A DNA stretch of 64,000 bases from contig CM119268.1 in assembly GCA_051294375.1 (NCBI GenBank), positions 6,019,525 through 6,083,524 on the forward strand, in the 5' to 3' direction. A program made the translations under genes and the position numbers. This document shows positions 54,601-64,000 of the stretch, one piece after another. The DNA comes from Paraspadella gotoi (Eukaryota; Animalia; Chaetognatha). Within the stretch, counting starts at the first letter, position 1. Each line of letters starts with the position of its first letter. Below the pieces are notes generated by a model that saw nothing but the letters and a program-made list of their open reading frames with translations, was not told the origin of the DNA and made no database searches.

Positions 54601-55424
54601 TCACACTGCCTCACGTCCACCATCCGTCAGCCAAATCCGTTGGCTCAGAGGGGGAACACACCATCCCAGGCGTAGTGTTCCATCCACAGTCCTAATGACT
54701 TCCCTCTGCGTTGGCAAAGCGAGACCGTCCTAGGGTAACCGCGCCAGTGACTGGAGGCGTCACTGAGGGTCGGAAGCCCCCAAAGCCAACAGTGAGATGC
54801 CCCATCCCAATGGGCATCACAGGCAACCCGGCTGTTGCCATAGTAGGATTTTTTTTAAACTGAATATTAACAATATTGCCATCATTTTACCTTGGCCGGT
54901 ATAAGAATATATTAAAAAAACCTCTGGCTTTGTTCGTCGGAGCTTAGTCCTAATTAAATTATTTAATACAAAATTTGTGTTTTTAATATATATAATGGAG
55001 AAGTGAATTGTTATCAACATTGTGAACATCTCCTTCAAACAATGAATTCAAAGCCTGCCTATTAGACTAATCTATAAGTATAACCAGCTCATTTTCACAT
55101 CCTACTTCTTTTCAAACCTGTCCATGTAAATGATTTCGGAAGCTTTTAAATTTTCACTCAGCGTTTCATAATCATTAATAAACTTGAGAGCTTGAAGAAA
55201 TCCTCTTGGATTTCTATGCGAGAAAAATCTCAGAAGTTCAGGCGATAGTGGCAAAGTGTTGTCTTCGGAAATTCTGAATGCAATTTGGAATGAAAACCTT
55301 GGGATAAAGTGTTGTCTTCGGAAATTCTGAATGCAATTTGGAATGAAAACCTTGGAATAAAGGCAACTGTGTGGACGACGCCACACCGATCGATTGGGTA
55401 GTCATATTGACCGAAGAAAGAAAA

Positions 55425-55462
<38 letters not shown>

Positions 55463-58400
55463 TCTTCTCTATCGCGAATACATATCCTATGTCTCTTTAA
55501 CTGATCAGATTATCTAAAAACTAATAAAATCTTAAAAGCATTAGGATCGTCGCAATCGCTAAGAAAAATCTGGATTGACGACAAATTTTGATACCAAAAA
55601 AAATCGAATTTGATCGAAATTAATTCATAAACAGAAAGAAAAAGAAGAAAAGAATAAATTATAAAAAAGAATAAGAAAAGGAAAGAAGAAGAAGGAAAGG
55701 AAATAATAGAAAAGAAGAGGGAATAGAAAGGAAAGAAAAGAAAAAGAAAGAAAGGAAAGAAAGATAGAAAAGGAAAGAAAAGAATAGAAAGGAAAGAAAG
55801 AATAGAAAGGAGAAAGAAGGAAATAGAAAGGAAAGAAAGAATAGAAAGGAAAAAGAATAAAAAGGAAAAAAGTAGAGATGCGCATCGTTCGAATCGAGCT
55901 CCGATCAAGATTCCTTTATATTTCACTTCTATTCAAAACTGCATATCAAGGCCAAAACAAATTATGTCAATATGGGCAGATTTCGAAAGTTTGGCGTCTT
56001 GGGAAGCCAATGGAGGTAGAGCGCGATCGAAATTCCCATTTTATCATGCCCAAAAATGGTATTTAAATGGACTGGTCAGGCCGTTTTTCCCTATTCCAAG
56101 AAGACCTCCGAGCTCTTGAGTAAAAGACGCAAATCATACATATCAGTACAGTTTCGAAACCTTATTGTCTTCTCTACATGATGAAAAAAAGCAAAATTAA
56201 AATTCTTGCAATCTTAATTGCTTGATAAAGCAATCAAATGAACTGGTTTTTTGGTGAAAACTGCATAGTCAAGCCTTCATTTTTTTCAATTTTGAACACA
56301 ATTGACAGAAACTGTATGATTTTACTATTCAAATCAGGTAGAGCGCGGGCTTAATTCAAAAGCGTTTCTCAATATAATGCAAAATTTTAAAAAAGTCCAA
56401 TAAAAACTTATTAAAAACAAAAATCGTCGCACAGTGTTGCTTGTGAGTCCCAAATGCTAGAAAAATATTTTTTAAATTTTTATATTATTATATAATATAT
56501 AAAAATATTTTATATAATATAATTATAATGTTGAGAATAAATTTTTTTATTCTTTTATTTTTTTATAATAAAATTAGCAAATTTTTTTAAACTGCGATAA
56601 TTTTTTTTTATCATGATATAATTAAAAAATATAAGATTAAATAAAATTTTATTTTAATAAAAATATAATAATTATATTAAATATAATAAAATCCAAAAAA
56701 TTTTAATTTTTTTATTTTGATTTATCAATAATAAATAATATAATTAATAAATAATAATAATAATAATAATATATATATAATAATAAATATAATAATAAAA
56801 TAATAATATAATAATAATATATAATAAAATATAAAATATTTATTTTTTATTTTATTTTTTTAATTATAATTATTATTTTTATTATTATTATTATTATTAT
56901 TATTTTATTATTATTATATAATCTAATAATAATATATATTTAATTATAAAATAATTTTATTTATTTATTTAAATTTATACAAAATTACCTTTTAATTATT
57001 TTATTATTCAAATAAATTTTTAAAAATTTTTTTTATAATTAATATATAATCAAAATATTTTTAACTGAATAGGATTTTTCTGAAAAATTCAGGCCCAGGA
57101 TCTCACTGTGCGCTGGTTCTAAAGCTTATACTACGCATAGTACTAATCTTTGTTGGATCAAAACGAGCTCGATTTTAAGCGAAAGTTGATCGGTTTGAAG
57201 AGCGATTTTTGCGATTGCTTTTTGCGATTACTTTTGAACGGATTGTCGGATTATGATGAAATTATGCATGTAGATAATGTTGTGCAATTGTCTTCGAAAC
57301 CTACCAAATTTGATACTAAAACAATGAGTTGTTTAGAAACGATGCTCATCCCCAAAAAAAGAATAGAAAGGAAAGAAAGAATAGAAAAGACAGAAAAAAT
57401 AGAAAGGACAGAAATAACAGAAAGGAAAGAAATAATAGAAAGGAAAGAAAAAAAAGAAAGGAAAGAAAGAATAGAAAGGAGAGAAAAAAAAATAATTCAA
57501 TTTTTGTTTGTAATAAAAACGCAGAGAGAGAGAGAGACAGAGAGAGAATCAGCAGACGAATCAGACGAATCAGCGGACGAATCAGCAGAAGCAGCAGGAA
57601 AAAAGAGAGACAAAGAAAGAAAGCCCCTGCAGAGCCCAAGGAATCAGCGAATGGGGAAAAGAGAGAGAGAGAGCTACATATAATTAAAAGATAAAAGAGA
57701 GAGAGAAGGAGACATAAAATTTGTTTGTTTTGATAAAACGTAAACAAAATATTTAATAACTGTCCTCACCCAATTTCAAGGACCTCGATGATGAGAAGCT
57801 GTATATAAATTTTCATTTTTAATCATCAAAAAGGCGATCGATAAGTTTGAACGCCGACGACGACGACGACGACGACGACGATGACTACGCCACTTATGCG
57901 CAAAAGCGTTACGAGATCGTCGCAAACGCAAAGCGATTGCGAATGTTGTTAGGGGCAAACTTGAAAATTTGGCCATCATCATGTACCATTTTGTACCTCT
58001 AGATACAGCTTATTATGCTGATACGTGTTACCAAAGATATTGATTTCAATGATAAGAAATCTCTTACTTGAAAAGAGCCAATTCATGAAATGTCGATTCC
58101 CGTTGTGAGCTTTTTCGAGATTCTGATGATTTGAGAATATGGTGATCACCATTTTTCTGCTCAATTTAATTCTTTGCACTTATGTATAATTTAAACTTTT
58201 GAGTGATAAAATTTTCGGACTGACATCTATATTTTCTAATGTAATGTAGTGGAACAGGTTTTTATTCTCTGTAATGGTCGTCCTGAAGTGACCGGGAGGA
58301 GAGAGGGTTGCCATGTCTCTCCGTGAGTGTGAATATCCCCCACACTTAGCGTGCCCAGAGGGTCTGGGAGATTTTTTCCGTCAGTTGCCTTGCTTTCCGG

Positions 58401-59462
58401 AACTTTGGGTCCGACGGTAGGCGTGCAAGCGGTGGTTTAACCGGCCCGTCACTCTTTTTGCAAGGACTTTTCCGACCAGGAATAAAACCAGGTTCCATTG
58501 GGTTCGAAGCATTAGCTCAGTGCGCTATTATGGCGCTGAAGGAAGGAACAGTCGTATCCAACGGGTAGTGATATTACATCACTACAGTCCTAACCTTTTC
58601 GAATTTCAAGGCTTCTAGTTTTTAATCTACTTCGCTCTTCATTTTTTTTTTTGTGAAACATTTCTGAGGGCAAACTGTGGAAACAAAAGAGTCAAGGTTC
58701 AGACATTTGTCGTCTCATTTCCCTTTACTTCATTTTCATCCACTAAGTCTCACATCTCACTTCCCCCCACTTCTATACAAACATTTTTTTTTAAACTCAA
58801 TCATTTACGCTGTTGAAGACCTAAAGTCGAAACACGTCCGAATTTGGAATAAAGTTCAATTATCGTCGACGAATCAAAAACAAATTTTATGTTTTCTAAA
58901 TCAAAACCAAAACAATTAACAGCAGTCAGAAAAAGAATACAAACAAATTACGCTTGTTATGAAAGTATCAATAAAAGGCCAAACTATTTTTTTTTATTAA
59001 TAACAAAAACGAAACTAAGGTTCATTTTTCTGTGTTATCCAAGGAACTTAGTCATCAAAAGTTTCAAGTTACTTCGGTCTGTCTGTCTGCCTCCTTTAAA
59101 TTACTACTTTAGTTTATACTTGACGGTTAGTTACATACGTTAATGTACTGATTAACGTCAACGCCTAGTAATAAATTATAAGTAATTACATATGCTCCTA
59201 CTATTTTTATCCAAAAAAAATAATATATGTAAATGACCTTTTTAAAACGAGGCTCGTGGATGACAAATTATCAATTCAACCCTATTCCCCTCGTAACCGA
59301 CCAGTTGCCGATAATGATTCGATCCTTGAGATAAAATTCGTCGGGATTATCGGCCAAATGTCTTCGACTTTTAATTTCACCAACAGAAAACGACGGTTTG
59401 CTTGAAGAGAAGATTACATCTTTGGGTCTCGGCGGGAGCTGGGGGAAGCTGCTGCCAAACAT
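15277..59462 (-). CDS. GAF-A/GAF-B/PDEase_I protein, PDE10-like, probably catalytically inactive
   Basis: Exons in transcript order: 59281-59462 (ATG), 55106-55273, uncertain small exons at ~54990-55059 and ~53918-53958, 53821-53872, 53648-53762, 52485-52646, 51777-51969 (1-nt phase problem), 42215-42320, 41706-41812, 34518-34663, uncertain exons at ~20180-20246 and 19612-19860, then 19127-19296, 18935-19067, 18440-18542, 18083-18256, 17498-17741, 16892-17039, 15277-15545 (TGA). Peptides TIGAGDTIPGFVAST..ENFPK|GIG..TAICLPLTDEQKNIIAVIELIR, ILGWMETAI, LSMEIFSYHT, ENPYHNNYH and ELLAKLMPECQPL align by eye with PDE10-type GAF and catalytic segments. Confidence 0.8.
15566..16020 (+). mobile_element. 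Helentron-associated DINE-1/HINE-like non-autonomous element
   Basis: 5' subTIR plus inverted repeat gtcggatctgc..gcagatcccgac, (CCGT/CTGT)n microsatellite, 3' subTIR gcagatccgac and a short hairpin gtttgctcaaac; inserted in T-runs without a TSD. Many other copies or fragments (~14920, 16090-16845, 19305-19500, 23895-24245, 30685-31035, 32200-32520, 40460-40590, 47780-48420, 50740-51185). Confidence 0.75.
21523..22075 (+). mobile_element. DINE-1/HINE-like element, near-complete copy
   Basis: Same subTIR, hairpin and microsatellite architecture as 15566-16020. Confidence 0.75.
23076..23100. other. Assembly gap (25 N)
   Basis: Run of n characters. Confidence 1.
24802..25457 (+). mobile_element. 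TRIM with tRNA-like LTR module (second insertion)
   Basis: Two LTRs, PBS tggtgagcccgac at ~25038, PPT gggagggggA at ~25207, TSD attt. Confidence 0.85.
26313..26356 (-). ncRNA. Minimal hammerhead ribozyme in the inverted pLTR
   Basis: Reverse complement of 28880-28923. Confidence 0.8.
26790..28250 (+). pseudogene. Penelope RT (C-terminal half) plus GIY-YIG endonuclease, frameshifted
   Basis: YFRFDGRYYAQPGGLGMGKSTSSPLADF, WYRKADDT, PMLDVLI, VYRKPTHTDQY, SHAPLSHKLATVRSLTRRA, GAVYWAAC..YVGETGKSLSDRFKQH, SAISEH, RGIREAIYI, SLNRDGG. Confidence 0.9.
28880..28923 (+). ncRNA. Minimal type I hammerhead ribozyme in the Penelope pLTR
   Basis: aca-CTGATGA-a-gactct-aaaaatac-agagtc-GAAA-catg-TC-tgt: intact core, stem II, palindromic loop III and a 3-bp stem I. 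Confidence 0.85.
29426..30126 (-). mobile_element. TRIM, mirror copy of 24802-25457
   Basis: TGAAGAG...CCACCATA with TSD aaat (29422-29425, 30127-30130); noisy interior. Confidence 0.8.
32528..33239 (+). mobile_element. TAGGA...TCCTA DNA transposon, 7-bp TSD
   Basis: TSD tataaag (32521-32527, 33240-33246). Confidence 0.85.
33815..34156. mobile_element. Palindromic Penelope pLTR mini-element with two hammerhead motifs
   Basis: Arms ~33837-33969 and ~34027-34156 around a (GA)n spacer; hammerheads at 33884-33925 (-) and 34069-34110 (+); probable TSD tttaaaaaaatct (33802-33814, 34157-34169). Confidence 0.8.
35469..38490 (-). pseudogene. pol: Gypsy pol (protease, RT, RNase H, integrase with GPY/F), multiple frameshifts
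   Basis: LVDTGAS; GDYRRLN, SKVDLYKSYHQIP, FVYPDDIL, FLGVLNYYRRFIP; VDAS, DRELLA, HIEGKANVVADALSR; HVHVDIVGPLP, TTDRGSQF, AYHPQANGMVERMH; PYAGPYRV. A G GGA AAC slippery heptamer near the end of gag leads into the pol (-1) frame, which has a TGA four codons later. Confidence 0.9.
38497..39822 (-). CDS. gag: Gypsy gag (441 aa)
   Basis: Intact ORF downstream of the PBS; KLPPF..W capsid start; C-terminal CWYHAEFGNRARNC..PC (CHCC) motif. Confidence 0.88.
   Translation of the reverse strand: MEYVGPRPRNDSAPSPGALQRQATSRFVRGGDPSPHDSSNPWQTSLGARFAQIRAESESTNAHIDELKGLVLSLQATLDAALTALSRPPEMQRNPSLRRSAADADLDPEVQDSGQTHPKRVRIDEPASSPLATPRTPPFATPLFNPLSPRSGSPRARPNPRRRRDATSASPLAAHPPPPRARTPKLPPFDSKNISVWLAGVDAAFVAADVTDDATMASHIFAALPSEHQPLFEDFYRSGNRPSYAQVYARLIKLFGEKPRQLAQRMLRPMTLSGRTPSQLATIIRAAFSELRMEVVFKEILANALPSHVRAIAFTDINSLDDAATAADAFYDATGNLVVKPPSPSGTINAISADADEDDDADRPLSYAEVCAVNNSQRPWKRVEQRRRQRPFQPRAASAATEMDGNTCWYHAEFGNRARNCREVWPGVPCAMGNAKADGRK
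40721..41333. mobile_element. hAT-type MITE
   Basis: TIR taaggcgtagt...actacgcctta, 8-bp TSD ctactcat (40713-40720, 41334-41341). Relatives at ~34809-34976 plus 40128-40245, ~20330-20750 and ~41525-41655. Confidence 0.85.
42481..43700. mobile_element. Two DINE/HINE-like elements head to head
   Basis: Minus copy ~42481-42985 abuts a plus copy starting ~42988 with a long (CCGT)n tract. Confidence 0.7.
43770..44160. repeat. ~18-bp minisatellite (ccaaattatgccagttga)
   Basis: About 20 degenerate tandem units. Confidence 0.85.
45170..46385. repeat. Compound 18-20 bp minisatellite (gcaagttgaaaaagatat grading into gcatactttgaaaaagtat)
   Basis: Tandem degenerate units; many contain the palindrome aaagtatgcatacttt; an inverted block lies at ~45670-45790. 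Confidence 0.85.
52064..52275 (-). mobile_element. Solo LTR of the tRNA-module TRIM
   Basis: Single diverged LTR (tgaagaaacag...tccacc) inside the ~200 bp dispersed repeat. Confidence 0.85.
53044..53604. mobile_element. MITE with ~20-bp TIRs, possible TA TSD
   Basis: aaggcttcatattataaaat (~53047) / attttataatatgaagcctt (~53582); TA flanks both ends. Confidence 0.6.
54095..54952 (-). mobile_element. TAGGA...TCCTA DNA transposon, 7-bp TSD, containing a solo LTR
   Basis: TSD attaaat (54088-54094, 54953-54959). Confidence 0.85.
54588..54842. mobile_element. GC-rich 255 bp solo-LTR-like insertion
   Basis: TGTGGC...GCCATA ends and a 4-bp TSD gtag; absent from the other two copies of the host MITE; partial inverted copy at ~8211-8284. 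Confidence 0.75.
58245..58586. mobile_element. GC-rich solo-LTR-like element
   Basis: Perfect TGTAGTG...CACTACA ends, internal AATAAA, GC island in AT-rich intron; TSD not clean (gtaa / gtcc). Confidence 0.55.
58806..58843 (+). ncRNA. Degenerate hammerhead in a pLTR-like remnant
   Basis: cg-CTGTTGA-a-gac-ctaaa-gtc-GAAA-cacg-TC-cg; one core substitution (CTGATGA to CTGTTGA). Confidence 0.5.
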
Positions 59463-60319
59463 CGCGGTTGAGAGCGAGAGAATGATAGAGACGGAGAGGG
59501 TCAAAAGCGAGAAGAGAGAAAGAGGCTACAAGTTTCTCTCTTTCGCGATCTTTTAATTTCTCTTAGTCGATTTTTAAGTCAGTTTTTAGTCGTTTTTCGT
59601 TAATGTTGCCATTTTGCTTTGTAGAAAAAAATTTTTTTTTTTTTTAAAAACGCGATAAAATGTTTTTCTATTCTCTGCCTTTTCGGGTAAAACTTTGTAG
59701 AAGACGCGAATTAATAAATTTTGTATTTTGTCGGAACGAAAACTTAATCATCTGACAAGTAACAAGAATGTCTTTATTTTATATCTTACGTAAAAAAAAA
59801 CATGTCTCAATGATGCAGATTCAATAAGTAACTGTAAATTCTTTTAATTTAATAAATCATAAGGTCAAATTACTTGCAACATAACTAAAAAACTAATTTT
59901 TGAAGTGGGTCAAACTTCCTAGCTAAAGAAGAGACAAAATACGTTCATGACAAAAACTCTAGTATCAAATAATTTATCAAGTATAATTTTTTTAAATTTA
60001 ATCTTATATTCATGAAAATTAAGATACGATCAAGATTTCCGCGTCCAACTTCGGCACTTTTTTTCAAAGAAGCCCCCTTGCTGCGGCTCCTGAAGCAGCT
60101 GACTCAAACACACGCACAATAATTGTATCTTTTGCTGCTTCCGTCATCGTTTTATGCGTCATTCGTCGCTCTCACCGTCGCAACTGCTTCCTCCATCGTT
60201 CAAATTATCGTCGTCGTTTCTGTCGATCCCGATCCTGACGGAGGCTTAATTCTTTCTCTCGCTGAGTCACCCAGCAAGCCAGAATTTCATTGTTGCAAAA
60301 GTAGCGTCGGGAAAAAGAA

Positions 60320-60450
60320 CCTAATCCCTAACCCTAATCCTTAACCCTAATCCCTAACCCTAATCCCAACCCTAAACCCTAACCTTAATCCTTAACCCTA
60401 ATTCCAACCCTAATCCCTAATATCTATCCCCTAAATTAACCTTATCCCAA
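60320..60450. repeat. Interstitial telomere-like (CCCTAA/CCCTAAT) tract
   Basis: Degenerate cctaatccctaaccctaa units. Confidence 0.75.
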
Positions 60451-61396
60451 ACCGACAACCAACAATCCATCGTTCAAATTATCGTTGTCGTTTTTTGTCT
60501 ATCCCGATCCTGTCTCTTAGTCATCCAGCCAGAGAGAGAGCGAGAGAGATTCGCTGCGCGGTCTTACGACAAGGGGGCATCGAAGAGCATTTCGCCCAAA
60601 TTCTCTCTCTCACTCTATCTCTCTATGTATTTTTCTCTCTCTCTGATGTTTCATTCTAAATAGCATATATCCAGTTAGTTTAATTTAACTTTTTACACAA
60701 AAAAAAAATCATCCCGTTTTTCTATAATTTGGAATATATTTCTCTGTACATAATAAAAACATAACAAACGAAATCACATCATTTGTGCTAAGGTACAATT
60801 AACACGTCAAATAAAATGAAATGAACGCGGACAAAATCGTCTATAAAAATATATAAAATGATATCAACATCTAAAAAAGTGAATAATAAACAAAACAAAA
60901 AAAAACACACTGTAAATCTGTTAAGATATATTTTGTTTCCTTCGTAAAATTAAGCGAAAATTAAGGTTCGATGTAAAACTTATCGTCTAGTAGAACGAGT
61001 TCTCACTATTGAGACTAGTTTGTTTAAAATGGTTATAAACAAAAGCAACGAATGAAAAAGACGATTTCACTTTTTTTTTGCACAATTACACATTTCCCAG
61101 AGCCTTCACAAAAGATGTTGTACATTTGATATAAATTAAACTCTATTTAAGTCGCATATAAACGAAAATTTAACTTTTTTCTAGGATGGCTTTGAATAAA
61201 TAATACCTATCTGAAAAAAAATATTTCTTTGGTCTTAATTCGATCACAGAATTTCAGATTGCGAACACAAAGCCTCTTAACTACAGGGCTACCCTGGCGC
61301 AGTGACTTTATATCACAATGTGGCAGAGTAGCCCAGTAGCACAGATACCGATCATCAATGACAGTTGACGATTCAAAGAAAAATTACGTTTAAGTG

Positions 61397-61499
<103 letters not shown>

Positions 61500-62381
61500 T
61501 AAGTTGAAGGAAGTTTCATTTTTTTTCTAAACTATTTTGTTAAGGTATTAAATACTATTATGTTGACTGTAGGAGAAACAAACAGGAGGCAAAAGCTTAG
61601 TAATTTTTAAAGCCTCAGGATTTATTAAGGCATAATATTTTCTACACTTAAGATTAGCTTAATTCTAAGCCGATATTTTAAAAGTTACTACTAATAGTTG
61701 ATAACTATTCAAGAATATTGATTCAGTTAAAAATGGCAAATGAAGCGAAGTAAATAAGTTAAGATTTGGAGGGAGAATAAAAGATAAAAGTGAAAATTAA
61801 ATTAACTTTTAATGAAATTTCAAACCGTCGTTTGTTAATTTTTTAAAATAAATTATTTAAAGATAGCTAAATTTCATCGGGTTTTTTAGTTATAGCTTTC
61901 AACTGTTTAAAATTAAATACGTTAACGCCATTTGTTTTGAAATTTTCATTCATTTTTTCCTGGGGCGACATCTAGTGAATGAAAATTAAAACTTCACCTC
62001 GTTTGACTTTTGTTCGCTAATTCATTGGGTTTTCTTTCTAAGGCTTGGATTCCTCATTTATTACTTCTCCCCTTCTCATTTTTCAAAGTTTTTTCTTTTT
62101 TCCTTCTCTGTGCCTTAACTTTTCTTTCCTTTCTCTCTCTCTCTACCTTCTTTCTCTCCTTTGTCTTTCCTTTTACTTGCTTTCTTTCATTTTTGTTCAT
62201 ACCTCTTTCTACTCGCCAACATTTCCCATCTCTTCCTTTATTCCTCCCTTGCCTTTCCACTCCTTTCCCTTTCCTCCTTTCCATTTCCACTCATTTCCAT
62301 TCCTCCCTTTCCCTCTCAACTCCTTTTTCTTTCCTCTCTTTCCTTTTCCTCCCTTTTCCTTTCTCTTTCCTCTCCTCCTTT

Positions 62382-63249
62382 TCAAAACAAATAGCTCTGC
62401 CTCCTTCTGTCGCCCGTCGCGCTGACGCCCGAAGACTTCGTCCCCAAATCTTTTTGAAGTTTGAGGTCGTGAAGAACGAAGATGGAGGCGGTGTCGGGGA
62501 GACTGTAGACCTGGTGGGGGAATAGCAGGGAGAGGGGAAGGAGGAAGATAAAGGGGAGGAGGAGGAAGAGGGAAGGAGGGAGAAGAGAGGGATTGGAGAA
62601 GGAGTAGAGGGGTAAAAGAAAGAGGGGAGGTAGAGAAGAAAGGGGGAGGAAGACGGGGAGGGATAGAGGAAGATAGAGAGGAAGTGGGGTAGGAGGATAA
62701 GGAGGAGGAAGAGGCGAAGGAAGAAGAAGGAAGGGAAAAACGAAAAGTGATTTTTCTTTTATCTTGCAACCAATGTGAAGTTATCCAGTTGATTTAATAA
62801 ACAGGATATCTTGCCTCCTGACTTTGGATACTGGATACTGGATAGGATGGATAGGATGGATGGATAGGCCTCTATCTCTTTTGCAAGATAATAAAATAAC
62901 AGGACCTTGCAAGCTTGTAATCAAGACTCTCTCACGGTCTAGTCTTGCTTGCCTTTCAATGAGGTTATATAATATTTTTTAACTGTTTCAGTTGAAAGTA
63001 TTGAAATATTGAAGTATTAGATCGGGGAATATTTTATATATATATGAGTTATAGAAGAAGTAAAACCAATGTAAAATCATTCATTCATTTTATTATCAAG
63101 TTCTCCTAAACTATTGAGCTTCTTACTTTTTTGGGTAAGGGAGAAAAGTAAGGATGATGCAGCGCTTCCTCGGCGGGGATTCTGTCTTTGGGGTGATACT
63201 CTAAAAGATTGCCGAGAAGTTGAAGGCCGTCAGGATGGAGCCTGGAATA

Positions 63250-63343
<94 letters not shown>

Positions 63344-64000
63344 GGAGAGCCCACCTTGGGACGTGGTTGAACAAATTGTCTGGTTTGTAGTTTGGAATTC
63401 TGTGTCGCCGAAGTTCGTGAGCAGAAATGACTCCTTCGAAATCCTGAGGGGGGAGATGGAAATCAACATCGACATCATCATCAACAGCATCATCATCTTC
63501 AACATCTTTATCATCTTTATCATCATCACCATAAACGTGTTTATTATCATCATTAGCATCATTATCATCTTCAAAAATATTCGACATCAGCGTCGTTTTT
63601 ATCATTATCATCGTCGTCATCTTCATTATCATCACCACCATCAATATCATCTTCATAATCATCATCGTCGTTATTAACATAAACATCAGCATCATTATCG
63701 TCATCATAAACAGCGTCATATTCGTCATCATGATGGTTATCATCATTGTCATCGTCTTAAACATTAAAAAACTAAAGAGACAACGCTGACAACTACAACG
63801 ACAATGACAATAACCACAACTTAAAAAAGAAAGAGCAACAACGACAACAACGAACCTCCGGCTTGGGCGTGCCCAGAAGTCTAAATATAAGAAGCAATTC
63901 GTCATCCGCATTTCCGCCGGGAAACATCGGTCGTCCTGTGCAGAGTTCGTAGAAGATCGTGCCGACTCCCCAAATGTCTATGGCTGCATTGTAGTCCGTG
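62382..64000 (-). CDS. CDK17: PCTAIRE-family cyclin-dependent kinase (CDK16/17/18-like), last four exons, 5'-partial
   Basis: Phase-consistent exons 63856->64000, 63355-63443, 63127-63241, 62382-62510: IDIWGVGTIFYELCTGRPMFPG..IFRLLGTP, HVPRLHPDG..RIPAEEALHHPYF, SLPDTASIF..LQKD..RRRQSYLF* (compare the PCTAIRE C-terminal RRQSxxF). The symbol marks the family, not 1:1 orthology. Confidence 0.9.

Noticed and set aside
56460-57060. Near-pure A/T stretch as an origin or centromeric element (also 31430-31760)
   Set aside because: No periodicity; it resembles a degraded low-quality consensus.
58500-58522. GGTTCGAAGC followed by TAGCTCAGTG as a permuted tRNA
   Set aside because: The boxes are adjacent and no cloverleaf stems could be built.

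Overview
AT-rich, intron-rich animal (invertebrate-like) nuclear DNA; the taxon cannot be determined from this window. Three spliced genes can be reconstructed by hand. (1) A 19-exon type II phosphatidylinositol 4-kinase (+, 2358-14206). (2) A ~44 kb minus-strand GAF-GAF-phosphodiesterase gene most like PDE10 (15277-59462) that the ORF track misses; its catalytic domain is intact in frame but has lost the metal ligands and the invariant Gln, so it is probably a pseudoenzyme. (3) The last four exons of a PCTAIRE kinase (CDK16/17/18-like, -, 62382 to the window end). There is also a probable first exon of a divergent gene at the left edge. Introns are packed with nested mobile DNA: a CsRn1-type Ty3/Gypsy element, a Penelope-like RT/GIY-YIG element, several Penelope pLTR derivatives with minimal hammerhead ribozymes, hAT-type MITEs (7- and 8-bp TSDs), Helentron-associated DINE/HINE-like repeats and solo LTRs. 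The most unusual element is a ~640 bp non-autonomous LTR element (TRIM) whose LTRs carry a tRNA-Gly-like Pol III module, an animal analogue of plant Cassandra elements. A ~7.9 kb inverted duplication beside an N-gap and many homopolymer frameshifts suggest local assembly errors. All alignments were done by eye from remembered family motifs, with no database search.
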